A stretch of DNA of 4,882 bases from a virus (Duplodnaviria > Heunggongvirae > Uroviricota > Caudoviricetes): IMG/VR virus record IMGVR_UViG_2602041586_000004, one strand, 5' to 3'. Positions 1 through 4,882 of the stretch are shown here, piece by piece (positions within the stretch are counted from its first letter, which is position 1; each line of letters starts with the position of its first letter). Under the pieces are notes generated by a model, which saw only the letters and a list, made by a program, of their open reading frames with translations, did no database searches and was not told where the DNA came from. The translations under genes and the position numbers were made by a program.

Positions 1-42
1 TATCTGAACATAAAACACTATCAATAAGTTGGAGTCATTACC
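1..42 (+). mobile_element. IS1 right terminus: last 42 bp of the element, including the insB 3' end (1..27, ...YLNIKHYQ stop) and the right inverted repeat
   Basis: Window starts with tatctgaacataaaacactatcaataagttggagtcattacc, which matches the recalled 3' end of IS1. Reverse complement of 20..42 is ggtaatgactccaacttattg, the IS1 right IR. Flanking DNA begins at 43. Confidence 0.85.
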
Positions 43-170
43 AGGCTCCTGATACAAATAGTTTTCTTCTAACAAATAAAGAATACTTATATGGTAAATT
101 TGGTATAAACGGATGGCAAAAATATGTACGATTCTTACGTGCATTCGTTGATGCGTATAAAAATTCCGAC

Positions 171-596
171 ATGATTTATACATATTTGCCTGGTGGTGAT
201 AATTGTACGCTTTCGGCAGACAATAGAATATTCATACCTATACTTGGTCTTGGGCTGATTAATGCAGTAAATGAAAGAGATGTTATAATTGTTAAGCAGT
301 GGCGAAAGCATGAGGGATATAGATATCTGCCATGCTTTGATATATTAAAAATACAGAATAAATTCTATGTAAAAATTAAATATAAAGAAGATGTTTTCTT
401 CCTCAGAAAAAACAAAGATCTTTTACAAGAACTTTCTGGGACAATAGATGTCATCGTAGGTTCTAGGTTTATAAAAGAACTGAAAGAAAGCAGGTCTTTC
501 TCTCGTGTAGAGATAAGCGAGTCAGAGTTATGGGGTATATCAAATAATCCTGTAAACCACGCTCACCAACGAAATCCAAACAAAAAGTGGTCATAA
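171..596 (+). CDS. Hypothetical protein, AT-rich; probably the 3' portion of a larger gene interrupted by IS1 (frame open from 45 to the IS1 junction)
   Basis: 141-codon ORF from ATG 171 to TAA 594..596. The same frame has no stop between 45 and 170, and the other two + frames hit stops at 50 and 70. There is no start codon between 43 and 171 and no clear Shine-Dalgarno before 171. GC is visibly much lower than in the lambda-like block. It sits where lambda carries ral, but has no resemblance to Ral or any family I recognise. Confidence 0.55.
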   Translation: MIYTYLPGGDNCTLSADNRIFIPILGLGLINAVNERDVIIVKQWRKHEGYRYLPCFDILKIQNKFYVKIKYKEDVFFLRKNKDLLQELSGTIDVIVGSRFIKELKESRSFSRVEISESELWGISNNPVNHAHQRNPNKKWS

Positions 597-619
597 CCCG
601 CTCAAGCGGGTTTCATTTT
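597..619 (+). terminator. Rho-independent terminator directly after the AT-rich ORF
   Basis: cccgc (597..601), loop tcaa, gcggg (606..610), followed by tttcatttt (611..619). The T-tract is only on the + strand. Confidence 0.6.
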
Positions 620-648
620 CACGCAAACAAAAGAATAAACACTGCACT

Positions 649-676
649 GTGTATTCATTCCAACGAGTGAATACAC
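649..676. repeat. Perfect 9-bp inverted repeat with 10-bp spacer (GTGTATTCA-N10-TGAATACAC); candidate operator or RNA hairpin
   Basis: 649..657 gtgtattca and 668..676 tgaatacac are exact reverse complements. Lies in the intergenic region between the AT-rich ORF and ea10. Confidence 0.4.
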
Positions 677-783
677 GGAGCAATGTCGCTCGTAACTAAA
701 CAGGAGCCGACTTGTTCTGATTATTGGAAATCTTCTTTGACCTCTAATGTGAGGGCGATTTTTTTCTGTGAGGATATGAACAG

Positions 784-1152
784 ATGTCAAACATCAAAAA
801 ATACATCATTGATTACGACTGGAAAGCATCAATAGAAATTGAAATCGACCATGACTTAATGACAGAGGAAAAACTTCACAAGATTAATAATTTCTGGTCA
901 GACTCTGAATACCGACTCAATAAACACGGCTCTGTATTAAATGCTGTATTAATCATGCTGGCGCAACATGCTCTGCTTATAGCAATTTCAAGCGACTTAA
1001 ATGCATATGGTGTTGTGTGTGAGTTCGACTGGAATGATGGAAATGGTCAGGAAGGATGGCCTACAATGGATGGTAGCGAAGGAATAAGAATTACCGATAT
1101 CGATACATCAGGAATATTTGATTCAGATGATATGACTATCAAAGCCGCCTGA
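784..1152 (+). CDS. ea10: Lambda Ea10-like early protein (122 aa)
   Basis: 369-bp ORF with GAGGA 9 nt upstream of ATG 784. Length and the 72-bp spacing to cIII match recalled lambda coordinates for ea10. Confidence 0.8.
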   Translation: MSNIKKYIIDYDWKASIEIEIDHDLMTEEKLHKINNFWSDSEYRLNKHGSVLNAVLIMLAQHALLIAISSDLNAYGVVCEFDWNDGNGQEGWPTMDGSEGIRITDIDTSGIFDSDDMTIKAA

Positions 1153-1177
1153 GCGCGGCGTTACCGCATACCAATAA

Positions 1178-1198
1178 CGCTTCACTCGAGGCGTTTTT
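1178..1198 (+). terminator. Possible hairpin plus T-tract (attenuator or weak terminator) between ea10 and cIII
   Basis: cgcttc (1178..1183), loop actc, gaggcg (1188..1193) with one G-U pair, then ttttt (1194..1198). Sits just upstream of the cIII Shine-Dalgarno at 1214..1218. Confidence 0.3.
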
Positions 1199-1224
1199 CG
1201 TTATGTATAAATAAGGAGCACACC

Positions 1225-1389
1225 ATGCAATATGCCATTGCAGGGTGGCCTGTTGCTGGCTGCCCTTCCGAATCTTTACTTGAACGAATCACCCGTAAAT
1301 TACGTGACGGATGGAAACGCCTTATCGACATACTTAATCAGCCAGGAGTCCCAAAAAATGGATCAAACACTTATGGCTATCCAGACTAA
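1225..1389 (+). CDS. cIII: cIII, lambda-type inhibitor of host FtsH protease (54 aa)
   Basis: Translates to [54 protein letters not shown], which matches lambda CIII as I recall it. AGGAG at 1214..1218. Not in the supplied ORF track because it is short. Confidence 0.9.
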   Translation: MQYAIAGWPVAGCPSESLLERITRKLRDGWKRLIDILNQPGVPKNGSNTYGYPD

Positions 1390-1501
1390 ATTCACTATCG
1401 CCACTTTTATTGGCGATGAAAAGATGTTTCGTGAAGCCGTCGACGCTTATAAAAAATGTATATTAATGCTGAAACTGAGATCAAGCAAAAGCATTCACTA
1501 A
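1358..1501 (+). CDS. kil: Kil, lambda host-killing / cell-division inhibitor protein (47 aa)
   Basis: Internal ATG 1358 of the 1232..1501 ORF gives [52 protein letters not shown] at 1344..1348. Overlaps the cIII 3' end by 32 bp in another frame, as in lambda. Confidence 0.85.
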   Translation: MDQTLMAIQTKFTIATFIGDEKMFREAVDAYKKCILMLKLRSSKSIH

Positions 1502-1576
1502 CCCCCTTTCCTGTTTTCCTAATCAGCCTGGCATTTCGCGGGCGCTATTTTCACAGCCATTTTCAGGAGTTCAGCC

Positions 1577-1873
1577 ATGAACGCTTATTACATTCAGGAT
1601 CGTCTTGAGGCTCAGAGCTGGGCGCGTCACTACCAGCAGATCGCCCGTGAAGAGAAAGAGGCAGAACTGGCAGACGACATGGAAAAAGGCCTGCCCCAGC
1701 ACCTGTTTGAATCGCTATGCATCGATCATTTGCAACGCCACGGGGCCAGCAAAAAAGCCATTACCCGTGCGTTTGATGACGATGTTGAGTTTCAGGAGCG
1801 CATGGCAGAACACATCCGGTACATGGTTGAAACCATTGCTCACCACCAGGTTGATATTGATTCAGAGGTATAA
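1577..1873 (+). CDS. gam: Gam, RecBCD nuclease inhibitor, short form (GamS, 98 aa)
   Basis: [21 protein letters not shown]...[10 protein letters not shown] matches lambda Gam residues 41..138 from memory. AGGAG at 1565..1569, 7 nt before the ATG. Confidence 0.93.
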   Translation: MNAYYIQDRLEAQSWARHYQQIAREEKEAELADDMEKGLPQHLFESLCIDHLQRHGASKKAITRAFDDDVEFQERMAEHIRYMVETIAHHQVDIDSEV

Positions 1874-1878
1874 AACGG

Positions 1879-2664
1879 ATGAGTACAGCACTCGCAACGC
1901 TGGCAGGGAAGCTGGCTGAACGTGTCGGCATGGATTCTGTCGACCCACAGGAACTGATCACCACTCTTCGCCAGACGGCATTTAAAGGTGATGCCAGCGA
2001 TGCGCAGTTCATCGCATTGTTGATCGTCGCCAACCAGTACGGCCTTAATCCGTGGACGAAAGAAATTTACGCCTTCCCTGATAAGCAGAACGGCATCGTT
2101 CCGGTGGTGGGCGTTGATGGCTGGTCCCGCATCATCAATGAAAACCAGCAGTTTGATGGCATGGACTTTGAGCAGGACAATGAATCCTGTACATGCCGGA
2201 TTTACCGCAAGGACCGTAATCATCCGATCTGCGTTACCGAATGGATGGATGAATGCCGCCGCGAACCATTCAAAACTCGCGAAGGCAGAGAAATCACGGG
2301 GCCGTGGCAGTCGCATCCCAAACGGATGTTACGGCATAAAGCCATGATTCAGTGTGCCCGTCTGGCCTTCGGATTTGCTGGTATCTATGACAAGGATGAA
2401 GCCGAGCGCATTGTCGAAAATACTGCATACACTGCAGAACGTCAGCCAGAACGCGACATCACTCCGGTTAACGATGAAACCATGCAGGAGATTAACACTC
2501 TGCTGATCGCCCTGGATAAAACATGGGATGACGACTTATTGCCGCTCTGTTCCCAGATATTTCGCCGCGACATTCGCGCATCGTCAGAACTGACACAGGC
2601 CGAAGCAGTGAAAGCTCTTGGATTCCTGAAACAGAAAGCCACTGAGCAGAAGGTGGCAGCATGA
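1879..2664 (+). CDS. bet: Bet (Red-beta), single-strand annealing recombinase (261 aa)
   Basis: [38 protein letters not shown]... is essentially lambda Bet over its full length. Starts 5 bp after the gam stop, as in lambda. Confidence 0.96.
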   Translation: MSTALATLAGKLAERVGMDSVDPQELITTLRQTAFKGDASDAQFIALLIVANQYGLNPWTKEIYAFPDKQNGIVPVVGVDGWSRIINENQQFDGMDFEQDNESCTCRIYRKDRNHPICVTEWMDECRREPFKTREGREITGPWQSHPKRMLRHKAMIQCARLAFGFAGIYDKDEAERIVENTAYTAERQPERDITPVNDETMQEINTLLIALDKTWDDDLLPLCSQIFRRDIRASSELTQAEAVKALGFLKQKATEQKVAA

Positions 2665-3341
2665 TACCGGACATTATCCTGCAGCGTACCGGGATCGACG
2701 TGAGAGCTGTCGAACAGGGGGATGATGCATGGCACAAATTACGGCTCGGCGTCATCACCGCTTCAGAAGTTCACAACGTGATAGCAAAGCCCCGCTCAGG
2801 AAAGAAGTGGCCTGACATGAAAATGTCCTACTTCCACACCCTGCTGGCTGAGGTTTGCACCGGTGTGGCTCCGGAAGTTAATGCTAAGGCGCTGGCCTGG
2901 GGAAAACAGTACGAGAACGACGCCAGAACCCTGTTTGAATTCACTTCCGGCGTGAATGTTACTGAATCCCCGATCATCTATCGCGACGAAAATATGCGCA
3001 CTGCCTGCTCTCCCGATGGTTTATGCAGTGACGGCAACGGCCTTGAACTGAAATGCCCGTTTACCTCCCGGGATTTCATGAAATTCCGGCTCGGTGGTTT
3101 CGAGGCAATAAAATCGGCTTACATGGCCCAGGTGCAGTACAGCATGTGGGTGACGCGAAAAGATGCCTGGTACTTTGCCAACTATGACCCGCGCATGAAG
3201 CGTGAAGGCCTGCATTATGTCGTGATTGAGCGGAATGAAAAGTACATGGCGAGTTTTGACGAGATGGTGCCGGAGTTCATCGAAAAAATGGACGAGGCAC
3301 TGGCTGAAATTGGTTTTGTATTTGGGGAGCAATGGCGATGA
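2661..3341 (+). CDS. exo: Exo (Red-alpha), lambda 5'-3' dsDNA exonuclease (226 aa)
   Basis: [40 protein letters not shown]...GFVFGEQWR is near-identical to lambda Exo, with a few substitutions relative to my recollection. ATGA overlap with the bet stop. Confidence 0.96.
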   Translation: MIPDIILQRTGIDVRAVEQGDDAWHKLRLGVITASEVHNVIAKPRSGKKWPDMKMSYFHTLLAEVCTGVAPEVNAKALAWGKQYENDARTLFEFTSGVNVTESPIIYRDENMRTACSPDGLCSDGNGLELKCPFTSRDFMKFRLGGFEAIKSAYMAQVQYSMWVTRKDAWYFANYDPRMKREGLHYVVIERNEKYMASFDEMVPEFIEKMDEALAEIGFVFGEQWR

Positions 3342-3357
3342 CGCATCCTCACGATAA

Positions 3358-3771
3358 TATCCGGGTACCGCCTGTAAAGTGTTGCGTGATCAAATAGGCA
3401 AGCATCACAAATGGGTGTTTGTACATACCAAGGCGGCTAAGCGAGCAGATGGAACATCAACGCCTGCGGTCAGGAAGATGCGCATCGACAGCAAGACATC
3501 ATGGCTATCAGCTTGTCGTCGTGCAGGAATTGAAGATTTCCGTTTCCATGACCTCAGACACACCTGGGCAAGCTGGCTGATTCAGTCAGGCGTCCCATTA
3601 TCAGTGCTTCAGGAAATGGGCGGATGGGAGTCCATAGAAATGGTTCGTAGGTATGCTCACCTTGCGCCTAATCATTTGACAGAGCATGCGAGGAAAATAG
3701 ACGACATTTTTGGTGATAATGTCCCAAATATGTCCCACTCTGGAATTATGGAGGATATAAAGAAGGCGTAA
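3358..3771 (+). pseudogene. Tyrosine integrase, C-terminal fragment only (about 130 codons); no start codon, N-terminal and core-binding domains absent
   Basis: Frame opens at 3358 immediately after an in-frame TAA at 3355..3357. The ATG-less translation carries the H-x-x-R box ([11 protein letters not shown]) and the catalytic Tyr (VRRYAHL) but not the upstream box-I Arg region. The supplied ORF begins at GTG 3379, which is an ORF-finder artefact. It ends 15 bp before the argU 3' end, convergent with the tRNA as expected for a tRNA-targeting integrase. Confidence 0.85.
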
Positions 3772-3786
3772 CTGATTGAATTGTAA

Positions 3787-3863
3787 TGGCGCGCCCTGCA
3801 GGATTCGAACCTGCGGCCCACGACTTAGAAGGTCGTTGCTCTATCCAACTGAGCTAAGGGCGC
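3787..3863 (-). tRNA. argU: tRNA-Arg, anticodon UCU (77 nt including encoded CCA)
   Basis: Reverse complement is GCGCCCTTAGCTCAGTTGGATAGAGCAACGACCTTCTAAGTCGTGGGCCGCAGGTTCGAATCCTGCAGGGCGCGCCA. It folds as a cloverleaf: 7-bp acceptor stem, anticodon stem ACGAC/GTCGT, loop CTTCTAA with anticodon TCT, T-loop TTCGAAT. Confidence 0.92.
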
Positions 3864-3894
3864 GTTGATACCGCAATGCGGTGTAATCGCGTGA

Positions 3895-3922
3895 ATTATA
3901 CGGTCAACCCTTGCTGAGTCAA
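3895..3922 (-). promoter_or_regulatory. Sigma70 promoter for argU: TTGACT-N16-TATAAT
   Basis: On the minus strand, -35 TTGACT is at + coordinates 3917..3922 and a perfect -10 TATAAT at 3895..3900, with a 16-nt spacer. The -10 ends 31 nt upstream of the mature tRNA 5' end, consistent with a short processed leader. Confidence 0.6.
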
Positions 3923-4105
3923 TGGCTTTTGATCTGGTTGCTGAACAAGTGAACGACCGCGTCTGATTTTCTGATTTATTTCGCTATAGTGGCAAACAAA
4001 CGCACACCGCTGCGCGTCTGAATCAAGAAAACCCGTATTTTCATGTATCAAAGTACAATTTACCGCCCTAACGGAAAATTGTCCGCTCCTATGAGACTGG
4101 TAACT

Positions 4106-4738
4106 ATGAAACCAACGTCGGTGATCATTATGGATACTCATCCTATCATCAGAATGTCTATTGAAGTTCTGTTGCAAAAAAACAGTGAATTGCAGATTGT
4201 CCTGAAAACGGATGATTACCGCATAACCATCGATTATCTCCGAACCCGTCCTGTTGATTTAATCATTATGGATATAGACTTGCCCGGAACAGACGGTTTT
4301 ACCTTCCTGAAAAGGATCAAACAAATCCAGAGCACAGTGAAAGTGTTATTTTTATCATCGAAATCAGAATGCTTTTATGCTGGCAGAGCGATACAAGCTG
4401 GTGCTAACGGTTTTGTCAGTAAATGCAATGATCAGAATGATATTTTTCATGCCGTTCAGATGATCCTCTCCGGATACACGTTTTTTCCTAGCGAAACGCT
4501 TAACTATATAAAAAGCAATAAATGTAGTACGAATAGTTCAACGATCACTGTGCTATCTAATCGTGAAGTGACCATATTACGTTATCTGGTTAGCGGATTA
4601 TCTAATAAAGAAATTGCCGATAAGTTATTACTTAGCAATAAAACAGTTAGTGCGCATAAATCTAATATTTATGGCAAGCTAGGTTTGCATTCAATTGTAG
4701 AGCTTATCGACTACGCCAAATTATACGAATTAATATAA
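4106..4738 (+). CDS. fimZ: FimZ, NarL/LuxR-family response regulator of fimbrial expression (210 aa)
   Basis: From ATG 4106: MKPTSVIIMDTHPIIRMSIEVLLQKNSELQIVL... with a receiver domain (phospho-acceptor Asp in IIMDIDLPG) and a C-terminal LuxR-type HTH (SNREVTILRYLVSGLSNKEIADKL...SAHKSNIYGKLGL). fimZ lies next to argU in E. coli K-12. The in-frame ATGs at 4043 and 4091 are probably not used. Confidence 0.88.
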   Translation: MKPTSVIIMDTHPIIRMSIEVLLQKNSELQIVLKTDDYRITIDYLRTRPVDLIIMDIDLPGTDGFTFLKRIKQIQSTVKVLFLSSKSECFYAGRAIQAGANGFVSKCNDQNDIFHAVQMILSGYTFFPSETLNYIKSNKCSTNSSTITVLSNREVTILRYLVSGLSNKEIADKLLLSNKTVSAHKSNIYGKLGLHSIVELIDYAKLYELI

Positions 4739-4760
4739 TATTAATTATAATTGATCATAA

Positions 4761-4882
4761 GGTGATGCTGCCAACTTACTGATTTAGTGTATGATGGTGT
4801 TTTTGAGGTGCTCCAGTGGCTTCTGTTTCTATCAGCTGTCCGGTGATGCTGCCAACTTACTGATTTAGTGTATGATGGTGTT
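4761..4882 (+). mobile_element. IS1 left terminus: left IR and insA start (GTG 4816), truncated after 81 bp, followed by a second IS1 left end running to the window edge
   Basis: 4761..4841 matches recalled IS1 positions 1..81 (ggtgatgctgccaacttactgat...cagctgtcc). 4842..4882 restarts with the same 41 nt. The insA frame from GTG 4816 reads MASVSISCP, then runs into the second copy and stops at 4861..4863. Confidence 0.85.
4761..4882. repeat. Head-to-tail direct repeat of the IS1 left end, 81-bp unit, 1.5 copies
   Basis: 4842..4882 is identical to 4761..4801. The first unit is exactly 81 bp. Confidence 0.8.

Noticed and set aside
722-755. Possible weak sigma70 promoter for ea10 (TTATTG-N18-TAATGT)
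   Set aside because: Both hexamers are poor and the spacing is suboptimal. In lambda this region is transcribed from pL, so it is not reported as a feature.
602-790. 62-codon ORF on the minus strand in the ORF-to-ea10 intergenic region
   Set aside because: It overlaps the + strand terminator and the palindrome, has no ribosome-binding site and no recognisable product. Most likely a chance ORF.
1232-1501. 89-codon ORF presented as a single gene
   Set aside because: Its first 42 codons are the cIII region read in another frame. The real gene is kil from the internal ATG 1358, which has its own AGGAG and matches the 47-aa lambda Kil.
1605-2347. Alternative-frame + strand ORFs 1605..1919 and 2114..2347
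   Set aside because: They lie inside gam and bet in other frames and give low-complexity, Arg/Ser-rich translations. These are overprinting artefacts of GC-richer coding sequence.
1761-3332. Minus-strand ORFs antisense to gam, bet and exo (1761..2033, 1840..2316, 2442..2735, 2492..2758, 3021..3332)
   Set aside because: All are antisense to strongly supported lambda genes and have no independent signals.
3363-3368. KpnI site (GGTACC) near the exo/integrase breakpoint, possibly hinting at an engineered junction
   Set aside because: A single 6-bp site is expected by chance about every 4 kb, and there are no other vector, scar or FRT/loxP-like sequences.
4043-4105. Upstream in-frame extension of fimZ (ATG 4043 or 4091)
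   Set aside because: FimZ, as I recall it, begins MKPTSV at 4106. The extension adds a non-conserved leader, although the start cannot be proven from sequence alone.
3896-4177. 93-codon minus-strand ORF across the argU promoter and fimZ start
   Set aside because: It overlaps a near-consensus promoter and the fimZ 5' end. There is no evidence it is a gene.
1-4882. CRISPR arrays or other short regular repeats
   Set aside because: No regularly spaced direct repeats were seen. The only tandem repeat is the IS1 left-end duplication at 4761..4882.

Overview
This window is the integrase-proximal arm of a degraded lambdoid prophage inserted at the tRNA-Arg(UCU) gene argU of an enterobacterial (E. 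coli/Shigella-type) chromosome, bracketed by IS1 termini at both window edges. Left to right on the + strand: the last 42 bp of an IS1; an AT-rich uncharacterised ORF whose frame runs open into the IS1 junction; an intrinsic terminator; then a block that matches the phage lambda pL-operon layout and gene products from memory (ea10, cIII, kil overlapping cIII, gam short form, bet, exo). About 27 bp after the exo stop the lambda-like sequence gives way to the C-terminal ~130 codons of a tyrosine integrase with no start codon and no xis. Next come argU on the minus strand with a near-consensus sigma70 promoter, the host response regulator gene fimZ, and the first 81 bp of IS1 followed immediately by a second IS1 start. 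Most of the window is well-understood biology. The only coding capacity I cannot assign is the AT-rich ORF at the position lambda uses for ral, which is the best candidate for something new but is truncated and unidentifiable from sequence alone. All lambda and IS1 comparisons are from recalled reference sequences, not from a search.
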